From: Octopus sinensis
Lineage: Eukaryota
Reading direction: 5' to 3'
DNA length: 64,000 nucleotides
Assembly: GCF_006345805.1 (NCBI RefSeq)
Contig: NC_043002.1
Coordinates: 30,938,001-31,002,000 of the forward strand
Of this stretch, positions 50,930-64,000 are shown in pieces (the first letter of the stretch is position 1; each line of letters begins with the position of its first letter). The notes beneath the pieces are model-generated. The model was not told the DNA's origin. It was given only the letters and a program-made list of their open reading frames with translations, and searched no databases. The position numbers were made by a program, and so were the translations under genes.

Positions 50930-51108
50930 TCAATATATTCATGCATTCATACAAACATATATATCTACATATGAAAATGGGACATTTTTGGTGAAGTATT
51001 TGCGTGATGGTCCTTTAAAGATATTTGTACTTGAAATCAGGGACAAAGCAAGGAGATATAAAGTAAACGAAATAATGGAAAAGAAGCAAAACAAAATAGT
51101 TGTACTGT

Positions 51109-51148
51109 ATTTCTACATTTCGGGGCTATGTCCTCTTCTTCGGGACAT
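51109..51148 (-). ncRNA. degenerate minimal hammerhead motif
   Basis: atgtc CCGAAGA A gagg acatag cccc GAAA TG TA gaaat: one mismatch each in stems I and II; ATGT could be CpG decay of ACGT. Confidence 0.45.
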
Positions 51149-51298
51149 TTGGAAAATGTTGTGACTCAAATGTGTGGCGAGGAAGGAGGAAAGACGAAGG
51201 TGATATGCACAGACTGTTGTTGCTAAAGCAATCAGTGTATTTCATGGGGTTCCTTCCTGTTGCTAATAGCTGCTCTTTGTTTGTTAATAAGGTGGGCC

Positions 51299-51698
51299 TC
51301 TAAGGCGGCGGGCTGGCAGAATCGTTAGCACGCCGGGCGAAATCCGTAGCCGTATTTCGACTGCCGTTACGTTCTGAGTTCAAATTCCGCCGAGGTCGAC
51401 TTTGCCGTTAATCCTTTCGGGGTCGATAAATTAAGTACCAGTTACGCACTGAGGTCGATATAATCGAATTAATCCGTGTGTCTGTCCTTGTTTGTCCCCT
51501 CTGTGTTTAGCCCCTTGTGGGTAGTAAAGAAACAGGTATGTCGTCTGTCTTTTCGTTCTGAGTTCAAATTCCACCGTAGTCGACTTTGCTTTTTATCCTT
51601 TCGGGGTCGATAAATTAAGTACCAGTTGTGTACTGGGATCGATCTAATCGACTGGACCCCTCCCCAAAATTTCAGGCCTTGTTCCTTGAGCAGAAAAG
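51299..51698 (+). mobile_element. chimeric SINE A plus A2 tandem with 13-bp TSD
   Basis: AATAAGGTGGGCC at 51286-51298 and 51699-51711. Confidence 0.9.
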
Positions 51699-51879
51699 AA
51701 TAAGGTGGGCCACTGTGTTCCTTAGATTACTCCTGTTGCGTTTGTCGCCCTGATCGATATCTTGAGCTCCTGCTACATTTAGAGCTTCTATGATAGAAGT
51801 GTCTGCGCGCACAACTTTTATTCGAACGTGCAATTTCTTGGTTGTGTTCCCAATACAGGATGCTCCACGTTTACGGCCT

Positions 51880-51910
<31 letters not shown>

Positions 51911-53119
51911 TGCACACACACAGATACACACAATGACACTCAAATGCATGCACACACATACACGCATAAATGGGGGTTTCTTTCGCTTTTCGTTTACAAA
52001 AAAAAAAACAACCGCATTGCTTTGATCAAATCGGGTCTATGGTAGATGACTTGCGCAAGGATTCATGGAGTAGAACTGAACTAGAAGCCATGTGACTTGG
52101 AACCACACATATATTTGGAATGAAGTATTAGTTGGTCAAATGAAAACTGTTTCTCTTGTTGTTGTTTAACCCTGAGTCAATTCTTATCTCGCAGATAAGA
52201 TGAAAGACAACTCTTGTCGTGAGATTTATCTGTGTTAACTATATTTATAGAATTATCGAAAATCATTCTTCAAAGTGATTTTAAGGTTTGGTTGCTAATT
52301 TTCACCGTAATTAGACACAGACGCACTTAAGCATACACACGCATGCATACTTACCGAGTAGCACACATACAGTAGGCAATCTGTGGAGTATCACTGAAAC
52401 GAGACTACGATGCTGTCTCTGGACCTAAAGCAAATAAAAAACTAAATTTTTTTCCCTTTCACTCCATATCACCCTATCATTTATAAACTGAAGTGGACAT
52501 GTGTATCTTGAATAACAAAGTCCTGAATACATTAGATAGCAGTTCTCAACTTTTTGTTTGGTATCGTAGCCCTTTGGAGATTACAACAATAGCATTCAGC
52601 ATGAAAAAATCTAAAATAATGATTTTATCTATTTCATTATTACGAATAATATCGATCACATTGCTATATTAATCTTATTTCTTTAAAGCTAAGTTCTTAT
52701 GAAGCACGTTATCCGAGTAGACCAAAGATTAGATTAGACTTAACACGGGGCTGTAAAAAACGTTCATAGACATGCGCATAGATACACTGACGTATGGTTA
52801 GACAGAGAGGAAATATATACATCTTTCTATTGCATTAAAAATATTAGTAATAGATTACTGTGGTGTAAAAACACTGACACACTGTGGAAAGGAACGGTAG
52901 AAGTTTGTGTACAATAGAGAGAGGAAGAGATGGAGAGAGAGAGAGAGAGAGAAAAAGAGAGAATGATTCAAACGAACGCTACAGATACGTGCACACACAA
53001 ACAAAAGTTTTTAGCACGGTGCGCGCGAGCATATACATACACATATACACATACACACACTTACACGCACAGGCTAGTTAGCTAAGTGTGGGTGTGCGTG
53101 CGAGAAAGTGTAGTACGAC

Positions 53120-53151
<32 letters not shown>

Positions 53152-53242
53152 GTCGTACTACTATATATATATATATATATATGCAGACGTTTCAGATATG
53201 GTCAACTCGACTGTGTATAAACCAATAACGAACGACATATTG

Positions 53243-53420
53243 AGGCACGTGGCTTAGAGGTTAGGGTGTTGCACTCATGATCATAAGATTGTGATTTCGA
53301 TACCTGGACCGGGCAGTTCTATGTGTTCTTGAGCAGAATATTTTATTTGAAGTTGTTCCAGACCACCCACCTTCCAAAGAGGGTAACCCTGCGGCGGACC
53401 AGAGTTCACTCCACGGATGG
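53243..53420 (+). mobile_element. SINE family C
   Basis: GTGGCTTAGAGG..GATTTCGATACC..GTTCTTGAGCAGAATA. Confidence 0.65.
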
Positions 53421-54071
53421 AATATTTAGACCGCCACAATACGGGAATCGTTTATGGAGCCTATTGTTCTGAAAGGACCTCTAATCTTTAAATATGACTA
53501 ATAACATTATTCAATGACTCTTTACTTAAAAAAGTATACAATACACAATGTCTTTCATCTTTTATCATTTGTTTTAGTCAATGAACTGTGACCATGTCGG
53601 GGTGTTTAGTCGAACAAATCGACTCTGTTATCTAGTTCATTTTTTTTTTTTTAAGCCTGGAAATATTCATGCCAGTCTCTTCTGCCGTACCGCTAAGTTG
53701 CGAGGACGTAAACAAACCAACAATGTAGCAATTCACATAGTATTACATGTTAGTGGTTAATGATATTGTTGTGAACCATTGTCAGTTGATGATTCTTGTA
53801 TATGTATGCCTACGAGTATGTGTGTGTGTGTGTGTATGTGCATGTGTGAGCATGTGCGTGTGAATGTGTATATGTGTGTGTCTGAGTGTGTGAAGCTGTA
53901 TATGTGTATGAGTGTATGTGTGTGCATGTGTCTGTATCTGTGAGTATGTGTATGTGGGTGCATGCTTGTGTGCATATTTGTGTGCATGCTTGTGTGTATG
54001 TGTGTGTCTGTGAATACAAGTGTGTGTCTGTGAATACAAGTGTGTGTATGTGTGTGCACATTTGTGAGTGA

Positions 54072-54116
<45 letters not shown>

Positions 54117-54426
54117 TGTAATATGATGTCTTTTTTTCATTGTTGTTGTTTAGAACCAAACTTGCCATGATCCAGCAAATTCGAAAAAAAGGATATTCCA
54201 TCCCTGACAAACCGACGTGTTCTACTTACTGTCAACGTTTGTTTATATAGCGTATAAGGGTGCGGCCTCAGGAAATTATTAGCGGGAATTATAGTTGTAA
54301 TAATAGCATCAGTAACGGCAGGTGCATTTGTACGAGCAGCAACAGTAGGTTAAGTAGTAGTAATAGTAGTAGTAATTGAGGATGTTTGTTATTATACCAG
54401 TAAATGCATTATTATTATCATTTCTT

Positions 54427-54616
54427 AAGGCGATGAGGTGACAGAATCATTAGCACGCCTGGCGAAATGCTTATCGGCATTTCGTCCATCTTTACACATT
54501 CGGAATTCAAATTCCACCGAGGGTGACTGTGTCTTTCCTCCTTTTAGGTCTCGAAAAAAATATAAACACCAACTGACTCGTCCCCCTACTCCGAAATTGT
54601 GCAAAAAATTCGAAAC

Positions 54617-54651
<35 letters not shown>

Positions 54652-54669
54652 TATTATTATTATTATTAA

Positions 54670-54706
<37 letters not shown>

Positions 54707-55275
54707 TTCATTAGCAACTTTCAATTCTGTTTACATTTTTTCCGAGAGTCTTCCTGACACCTAGGGCAGAAAAACGTACTCTATACATTGGTAAGCCATT
54801 AAAACAAACACGCAAGATGGTTCATTTATAGATTCGTGTGATAGAGAAAGGGGGGGGGAAGAGAGAAAAAGGGGGGGAAAATGAAAAGTAAAGAAATAAG
54901 ATAAAGTGGGAGAAAAGGAAAGAAAATTAACCGTGACAATGGTCTTCTCAGTACGTGTGACGCACCAGTTAAGGCAATATTTTGCGCTTCCTGCATGGAT
55001 GGTAAGCCAGGGCTCGTTCTTAACTAACTTTCAGTTCCTTTTTTGATCATTTCTAGTGCTTCTACACTTACTGGTATAATGGGCAAAATGCTTTGCGGTA
55101 TTTCGTCTGCCGCTACGTTCTGAGTTCAAATTCCGCCGAGGTCGACTTTGCCTTTAATCCTTTCGGGGTCGATTAAATAAGAACCAGTTACGCACTGGGA
55201 TCGATATAATCGACTTAATCCGTTTGTCTCCTCTGTGTTTAGCCCCTTGTGGGTAGTAAAGAAATAGGTATTGTA
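54427..55275 (+). mobile_element. SINE A2 (54427-54615) and SINE A (55078-55275)
   Basis: Family A head and centre matches. Confidence 0.75.
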
Positions 55276-55404
55276 ACCGTCTTGAGATGCCACATCCTTT
55301 CGATTTTGATTAGCAAATCCTTATATTTTCTACACTTAAATTCTATTGCCGAGATATTACGGTCACAGGGTATGCTCGTGTCAATCAAGAAATATTATTA
55401 CTAT

Positions 55405-55880
55405 TGAGTGAGAGAGTGCATGCTATCAAAGTAACACTGGGGTAAAACATACGAAGCCCAGCATACCCATCATGACTACCCGTCTGATAAGTTTACACCA
55501 GGCACATGCATCACAAACATATGTGCGCGACATGATGATTTTATATCAAGATAAACAGTGTATGACCTTGCATGTAGGGCCCAATTTGAACTTTCTTGAG
55601 GGCGAGTAGCCTATCTCGCTCAAAAGGTCCTTGAATGAGGGTTGTTTCAGGATGTTGAACGAAACACCCATGTTTTCAAATCTGGATTCTCCAAGCCTTG
55701 AAGAATTCCTCTCAATAAATGGCTATGATGCTCCCACACTACTTTTGCTCGTGATAAGAGATGTGCATATCGTCAGGCACTAAGGACTATGCTCAAATGG
55801 TTAAGGTCAAACAACTGACAAGCAAATCTGTGGTATTGAGCAGAATATTTGCTGTAGCCTATCTTTTATACCAAAAACAA
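55405..55880 (+). repeat. unclassified interspersed repeat, second copy
   Basis: Homologous to 42860-43325. Confidence 0.7.
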
Positions 55881-55965
55881 AACAATGTACATAATAACAC
55901 TTCCAATCAGTTAAGATCAGAAGCCACGAGAGCCACTGCCTTGTACTGCATCAGGGTATCTATTA

Positions 55966-56018
<53 letters not shown>

Positions 56019-56067
56019 GTTGTTGTTGTTGTTTTATTTTGAAATGGTCATTTTGCCAGTTTAGCCA

Positions 56068-56120
<53 letters not shown>

Positions 56121-56173
56121 CATAATAATAATAATAATTATTATTATTATCATAATTATTATTATTATTAATT

Positions 56174-56220
<47 letters not shown>

Positions 56221-56490
56221 TGCTGTTGATGCTGACGACATGTTTTCCCTTGCTGTACGTCATCAATTATATTCTCACATCGTTTAGTGACAAAGTGTCC
56301 GTGTCATATCATTTAGAATCCCATGACACATCTTGGCTTTACCTCAACAAACACGCGGAATATCGCGCATAAGCACTGATATGGTTCAACATTATCTTGA
56401 ACACATCTACATCTGCACATATAAATACACGCATACTTACACTCACGTACACATACGCCCTCGTACACACACACACACAGACACACACAG

Positions 56491-56522
<32 letters not shown>

Positions 56523-56764
56523 GAGGTGAAATGAAACATTTACAAACCTTTTGTGTGGGTATTTTGCCGATTTTCGAATTGTTCCCCCTATATGGCTGCA
56601 ATCCAATGACTAAAATATATAGAAATATTTTAAGAACGTGCTTCTCATTTACAGGGAAGCAACACTGCTCTTCTAATCACATGACAATAAAGTATGTGTC
56701 ATTGACCCTGTGTTCACAAACACATACATACATACAAACATACATATAATATACCTCTTTTCTC

Positions 56765-56970
56765 TGGCATTCGCCATGATAGATCGCTAGCCACTACATA
56801 TTCTTTATTTTCCCTCCTTGATTTTTTTTTCTGTGTTCCTTTCTGTGGAAGAGCTTAGGCTCGAAGCGTTAAAGACTTATTCACTTCTCGAGCGTTATAC
56901 TAATACATCTGTTTGTTGTCTACACCACCTCTCTTCGCTTTTTGGGGTTATTTATGAATTCTCCCCATAT
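56765..56970 (+). mobile_element. PLE-type 3' tail, family 2
   Basis: Homologous to 4800-4975; ends at (TA)n. Confidence 0.5.
56839..56874 (+). ncRNA. hammerhead-variant motif (A6U)
   Basis: cttt CTGTGGA A gagc ttag gctc GAAG CG TT aaag: perfect stems I and II, non-canonical core. Confidence 0.45.
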
Positions 56971-57326
56971 ATATATATACACGTACATAAACGCATGCAT
57001 ATATACATACACACATATATTCATACGCACACATTTTTACGTTTATTTTAGTCATTGGACTAGAGGCCATACAGGAGCGCCACTGTGAATCGTTTAGTCA
57101 AAAGAATTGGACAGTAATACGTATTTTGTTATTTTTTCACCCCCTTTATGCCTGGTGCGTATTCCATCGCTGTGTTTTGCCCCACTGCTAAGTTACAAGG
57201 ACGAACGTGATCAAGCCAAAACCAATTGTTAATTGTCCAATGACAAACACGAGCGCACACACATATATAGGAAAATACATATAGTAGTAGTAGTAGTAGT
57301 AGTAGTGTAGTAGTAGTAGTAGTAGT

Positions 57327-57397
<71 letters not shown>

Positions 57398-57974
57398 CAG
57401 CAGTAGTAGTAGTAATAGTTGTTGTTGTAGTATCGGCAGTATTATATGCGTCATCATCATCACTATTATAATTTACACGACGGGATTCTATCAGTTTTCG
57501 TCCACCAAATACGCAGGAATTGAACCCAGCGTCTTATGAACGCGAGCACAAGCCTTAGAATCATTTGCTGGTATAAATGTAAGAATTTTATAGCACCCAT
57601 TAAAATCATATTATTAATCATTTAATCTAAAATATTCCTATGCATTACTTAAAAAATTATGTTCAATATCTTTTAGTTATCTTTGTAAATCTGTAAATAA
57701 ACACTTTCGAGATGTAAAATAAAATGCCTTTATTTATTTTTTCTCTTATACAGTATATTTATAATATAGATAAGATCCAAAAAGTTTTTTTAGCAACCAT
57801 CTTTAGGTAATTTATTAAAGCTTAGTGATCTGATTAGATGATTGCAATGATCTATAAATTTCCAACATATACACTGAGAAATACGATGTTCTTCATATAC
57901 CAACGTATCTACGTAAACAGATACACGTAAACAAATGTATATGCATATAGAGATACAGTGGTACATATATATAT

Positions 57975-58357
57975 TTCTTTACTACCCACAAGGGGCCAAA
58001 CACAGAGGGGACAAACAAGGACAGACAAAGGGATTAAGTCGATTACATCGACCCCGAAAGGATGAAAGGCAAAGTCGACCTCGGCGGAATTTGAACTCAG
58101 AACGTAACGACAGACGAAATATGTATTTCTTTATTACCCACAAGGGGCTAAACATAGAGGGGACAAACAAGGACAGACATAGGTATTAAATCGATTACAT
58201 CGACCCCAGTGCCTAACTGGTACTTAATTTATCGACCCCGAAAGGATGAAAGGCAAAGTCGACCTCGGCGGAATTTGAACTCACAACGTAACGGCAGACA
58301 AAATACCGCAAAGCATTTCGCCCGGAGTGCTAACGCTTCTGCCAGCTCGCCGCCTTG
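57975..58357 (-). mobile_element. SINE family A two-unit tandem with about 20-bp TSD
   Basis: ACAGTGGTACATATATATAT at 57955-57974 and 58358-58377. Confidence 0.9.
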
Positions 58358-58363
58358 ACAGTG

Positions 58364-58830
<467 letters not shown>

Positions 58831-59154
58831 TTAAGGTTCCTTGGTAACGTAATTTTGTTTGTGTATATGTTGAGGCTTATATGTAGTTGTGGGTGGTGTG
58901 TGAGTGGGGTGGGTGTTTGTATTTGTTATGGGTGTGTGGTTTACGTGTGGTTTTGTGTGTGAATGTATAGTTAAAGGGATTGCTATATAAGTATGTTATA
59001 GGGTTTAGTAAAGGGAGGTTTTATCATTTATGTTTTTAGGTACAAACGTGCATAGCAAAGGGAGCCCCATCACTACACTTAATGCATACTCTCACCCATC
59101 CGCACGGATGTGGAAGCGAATCACCGGTGCATATATTGAGGCTCATACGTAGCA

Positions 59155-59254
59155 NNNNNNNNNNNNNNNNNNNNNNNNNNNNNNNNNNNNNNNNNNNNNN
59201 NNNNNNNNNNNNNNNNNNNNNNNNNNNNNNNNNNNNNNNNNNNNNNNNNNNNNN
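59155..59254. other. assembly gap (100 N)
   Basis: Run of 100 N. Confidence 1.
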
Positions 59255-59436
59255 GAAATGAATGTACATAATTTGATAATAGCGGTATTTATGTAAATAT
59301 TTTAAGAATACATATGTATAATTATCGTAGTTATCTATGTTTATATAATTTTCGTATATACCTCTATACACACCAACTCACACCAATACGTATACATAGA
59401 CGCACATGTGCCCATAAACACAATCATACACATATA

Positions 59437-59850
59437 GGCGCAGGAATGGCTGTGTGGTAAGTAGCTTGCTTACCAACTACATGGTTCCGGGTTCAGTCCC
59501 ACTGCGTGGCACCTTGGGCAAGTGTCTTCTACTATAGCCTCGGGCCGACCAAAGCTTTGTGAGTGGATTTGGTAGACGGAAACTGAAAGAAGCCCGTCGT
59601 ATATATGTATATATATATATGTGTGTGCGTGTATGCTTGTGTGTGTGTGTGTTTGTCCCCCCCCCAACATCGCTTGACAACCGATGCTGGTGTGTTTATG
59701 TCCCCGTCACTTAGCGGTTCGGCAAAAAGTGACCGATAGAATAACTACTGGGCTTACAAAGAATAAGTCCCGGGGTCGAGTTGCTCGATTAAAGGCGGTG
59801 CTCCAGCATGGCCGCAGTCAAATGACTGAAACTAGTAAAAGTTTAAAAGA
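59437..59850 (+). mobile_element. full-length tRNA-derived SINE family B
   Basis: A-box TGGCTGTGTGG (59447-59457), B-box GGTTCAGTCCC (59490-59500), CACCTTGGGCAAGTGTCTTC block, internal TA/TG microsatellite, LINE-like tail. Confidence 0.9.
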
Positions 59851-60493
59851 GTATATGTATATATTCGTATGCAGACATATATCAACATATGTATATATAT
59901 ATGTGTGTGTGTGCGTGTGTTTCTATGATTGTATGTATGTTTTTACGCATGTGTTTATTGCAATATCACTGTAACTATTTTATCGCACATTTGCATACAC
60001 GTGTCTCTATTATGATACCTTTCCATATCCTATGCAATATTGTACATACATAAATACGCTCTTCCATACATGCACACACCCACATATATGTGTACGTATA
60101 TACACTCTCTTACACGCAGATACACATACGTATTTAATTATGAGAAATCGCACTGCGGCCTAGATAGATAATTGTTCGGGCTGTGGTTGATGTATGAATG
60201 TATATATTGTCTTGTTTTTTGTTTTTGTTTTTTAGCAATTTTTTTTTTTTAGTTTAATATGTCTGGTGATTAAGAGTACAGCTATGCATCTTAATGTCTT
60301 TACCTCAGACCAAACGGTATTAAATTTCTGGCTCAAGATGTTATAAGTTCAGCGAATATTTTTTAATAAGATTTCAACTACACGTATGTTCACACACTAA
60401 CGCATACCACGCTCACAAACGTACAGACACCCTCGAACAAATTCTTTTACTAGATCCAGTCAGCGTGCTGAGGCTCTATAGCTCCACCTATGT

Positions 60494-60922
60494 AAGTGGT
60501 TCTTAAGCATTTTCGTTTTCTTTGTAGCGCCCCCTTGTAAGTAGTTGAGGTGCTTAGCGCTCACCTAAGTAGCGACTGAGGTATCACGATTAAACCAATT
60601 TTACATGCATGATAATTTATAAATCTTATTATAAAACTGGATTGTATAAGCTTTTAACAGTGAAATGATGAAAAATTTAATAAAGGCGAAAGTTGTAGAT
60701 AGACCTTATGCATTGAAAATTAATTACTTCTCTGTACCTCATGAGATCTCATTTTATTTAATAACCATTACTAGTTCTAACACGTTTTATATAATTAATA
60801 CTATTGGTACAATTTAGTATGTTAATTATGTTACCTCACCGCCCTCACACTCCCCTCACCGCACCCTAAAGCCTACGCCAGCACTCCCTTGGGGACTGTA
60901 CCGCCCACGTTGAGAACGTCTG
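60494..60922. mobile_element. possible decayed hAT-type MITE
   Basis: Ends AAGTGGTTCTTAAG and GTTGAGAACGTCTG loosely resemble CAGTGGTTCTCAAC-type TIRs; no TSD found. Confidence 0.25.
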
Positions 60923-61019
60923 ACTTCTATAATTTTTGTTGTCCCTACAGCCCTCAGTCTGCAGTTTATTGGACTGAAATGAAAGTTTGACACAATTACT
61001 TTTAATTGCTTTGCTTCTT

Positions 61020-62340
61020 TATTCATGATGTCGAAACATTTACGATCTCTATATATTTAGATCTCCTATTTCTATTTGCAAGTTATTGAAAAGTTGTATA
61101 CAATTGAAAAAAATTGCAGTATCGGCCTCTAGTATTTAGATATATGCGTACCCATCGCAGTCCCAGATTTTTGTCGGTAGAAGTTGTCTTTGAAGGCGAA
61201 TGGCCCCCTCCTTCGCTAACCTAGTCATAAGATATCTAGAAAATAACTGGAAGAGATACCTGGATGACAGTTTTTTTTTTTTTTGCCATGAAAATATTGA
61301 GAAACTTAAATAATTCCAAGCGCTTTTAAATGGACTTGATGTAAACATTCAATTCACGATGGAATATAGCCAGCAACAACCCCCTTTCCTCAACATCTTC
61401 ATTAAGAAATCTAACAACGTAATAGAAACAGATATATACTATAAGCCTACGGATTCCTAGCAATATCTACCGTTCAATTCATTTCACCCCAGACACACCA
61501 TAATGAATATCCCCTTCAATCTAGCAAAAAGGTTATTTACTATAATTTCTAATGCAATCATCAGACACACAACTTCATGAATTAAAGGATACACTCATCA
61601 CCAGGAACCACCCACCTTCACTAATTGACATATGCTTTCAACGTGCTCTTCAACTCAACATCCAAGAACTCAGACATCCCTAATTAAAGAAAGATTTATA
61701 ACCAAAAGCCCTACCATACATCTGCACACACAACCCTCTCAACAATGAAGCCTTCGATACCATCCTCCAAAACATACCCCTGCTAAAAAAGGACCACAGA
61801 ATGAACTTAATCCTCCGAACACACACCATCATAAAAAGCAAGAGACAGCCGAAATCTATGAAAAGTCTCTAACACAAGCCCGAATACGCTCAACGGCACA
61901 GAAGCCGTCAGTAAAAAAGTGCGGAAGACCGAATTGTGGGATATGCGTCAATTTAATTGAGTTCTCCTTCAAACAGGGACAACGATTACCAGTGAAAAGC
62001 AACTTCACATGTGCTTCCGAGAACCTGTTATACGCACTAACCTGCCCTGGGTGTCAAGAGCAATACATAGGCCAATCAAAAAACAGTCTACCTAAAAGAA
62101 TGGCTCTACACAGATCCCAGATCAAAATTCCCAAAAACAGAAAAATAGCATTGAGTCAACACATAGATATTTGCGCCAATAACGAGAATCCAAGCTTCAG
62201 AATTTTTCTCCTCTACCAATTCAGGGATGATATAACCTGGAGCCAACGAATTAGTAAAGAGACACTCTTTATTACAAAATACAGACCCCTTTTGAACGCG
62301 TCTACGACAAACGACATATCCACCACGGCCTTAGAATAAC
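61020..62340 (+). mobile_element. Penelope-like element, RT plus GIY-YIG, decayed
   Basis: MAPSFANL, WKRYLDD (61248-61268), IQFTME..PFLNI..TDIYYKPTDS*QYL..HP, KCGRPNCGIC, and CASENLLYALTCPGCQEQYIGQSKNSLPKRMALH. Confidence 0.9.
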
Positions 62341-63750
62341 ACAAATACACACGCAAATATTAAAAATGATACACTCAAGAGATTCTCAAGAATTCATTAA
62401 AAAACACTCCCAATCACTGCCTATAATCCATAACGTGCCAATTTTAAGTCATTTGACATTTAACACCTTACTACTTTCACACTGCCTACATTCCTTCTTA
62501 TTCTCCCTCCTCATCCTTCTCCTTCTTCTTCTTCTTTTTTCTTCTTCTTCTTCTTCTTCTTCTTCTTCTTCTTCTTCTCTTCTTCTTCTTCTTCTTCTTC
62601 TTCTTCTACTATTTCTTCTCCTTCTCCTTCTCTAATAAGAATTCACAACGACCTCGGACCCACAAGAGTAAACAAGCGAGACAGAGACAGGCAGAAACAA
62701 GGAAAATGCCTCTTATATTTGAACACTATGCAAATATTCTTTTAAAAAAAACTTTTCTTTTAATTTTTCCAAAATTTACTTGTTTCCATATTTACGTGTT
62801 TACGTTCGGAGTTCAAATTCCGCCAAGGTCAACATTGCCTTTCATTATTTAGGTGTCGATAAAATAAATTCTAGTTGAGCACTTCGCTCGATGTAATCGA
62901 TTTAAACCTTTCCCCGAAATTGCAAGACATAACCAATCATAAACATGCATTATGTATACATATATAATTCTCTCTATCCATACAAATAATTCGTTATTCT
63001 GTATAATAGAGATATTTAAACGACCGCAATGCATGCTTGGTTCTTATGAAAGGAAAACTAACGGAGAAGAGGGCTTGAAATGGAAAGGAAGAAGATTGAA
63101 ACTAGATACTGGGCGTTTACCGCAGCTCTCTACATGTTTAGCTACTTCGCCGCTACTCCGTACTCTTAGATGTACCGGTGACTGAAAATAGCACGGCTGG
63201 GTAATTACACATTTTAATATTGAAGCAATATTGTCAGGAATCAAAGATCACTGCAGTCAACATATGAAGAAAGTGAATATATAGGAACGCGTTTAAGTCA
63301 CTTATACCCTTAACAAATGCATGAATGTCCCAAATTCTAATTTCCTATATTCTCGTTGTCTACATAAACGATTATTATTCGCAAAGAGAGCGCAACACGA
63401 TCGGTTCTTATTTTGTTTGATAGTGAAATGATTCGTGGAAATCATATAACGGAGTAATATGGAATAGGTGAAAAAAAAAAAACTATATTGAGATAATAAA
63501 ACAAAGCAAAAATATAGTTAGTGAAGCGAGTGCCAGGAGGCAAAAGAATGCAAATTGATCCGGTGCTATCTGTAAGATATCACACAGCGAAGTAAATGAT
63601 AAAAGGTGGAAGAATGTATTAGAAAGAATATTAACAAGAAGACAGAAAAATAAAGGAAAATATAAAACGAAAATGAAAACATATTTGTATATGCACATAG
63701 ACACATAGACACACATATACACAGACACTCACAGGTACACACCCATTTAT

Positions 63751-63798
<48 letters not shown>

Positions 63799-63889
63799 TT
63801 GCATGTGTATGTGTGAATGTCTGTGACAAGAGCATCAAAACAAAACAAGACAACAGTTTTAACGTCGGTCACGAAGGGACAGAGCAAAC

Positions 63890-63950
63890 TGCTGCTGCTG
63901 CTGCTGCTACTACTACTACTACTACGACGACGACGACGACTACGACTACT

Positions 63951-63981
<31 letters not shown>

Positions 63982-64000
63982 CTACTACTACTACTACTAC
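63890..64000. repeat. compound trinucleotide tract (CTG/CTA/CGA/CAA)
   Basis: Directly visible. Confidence 0.95.

Larger units (their letters stand above)
50925..51876 (-). mobile_element. Penelope-like element 3' fragment interrupted by a SINE
   Basis: GASCIGNTTKKLHVRIK (GIY-YIG YIG..R motif), SIIEAL, hammerhead-like motif at 51109-51148, ends at (TA)n. Confidence 0.6.

Noticed and set aside
59437-59510. tRNA-like A and B boxes
   Set aside because: These are SINE heads continuing into repeat bodies, not tRNA genes.

Overview
AT-rich eukaryotic DNA saturated with microsatellites ((TA)n, (CA)n, (TATC)n, (TAA)n, (TAG)n, (GAA)n) and retroelement debris. The repeat landscape looks like a coleoid cephalopod (octopus) genome; this is inference, as no search was run. 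I find no complete host gene, rRNA, tRNA gene or CRISPR array, and most ORFs in the track are translations of simple repeats. Recognisable content: two mariner elements (one full-length but frameshifted, one internally deleted); a 2.2-kb 5'-truncated R4/Dong-clade LINE inside (TAA)n plus further fragments; CR1/L2-like, RTE-like and Tx1/L1-like LINE fragments; at least three Penelope-like element (PLE) coding remnants plus PLE-type 3' tails; three tRNA-derived SINE families in dozens of copies; a long-TIR MITE; Helitron-like non-autonomous elements; two large AT-rich fold-back palindromes; and a 100-N gap. The most interesting signals are six hammerhead-ribozyme-like motifs at PLE-type 3' ends, one with an intact core and an unusually long stem II, and an apparent partitioning of microsatellite types among retroelement families. 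Coordinates of degenerate repeats are approximate.
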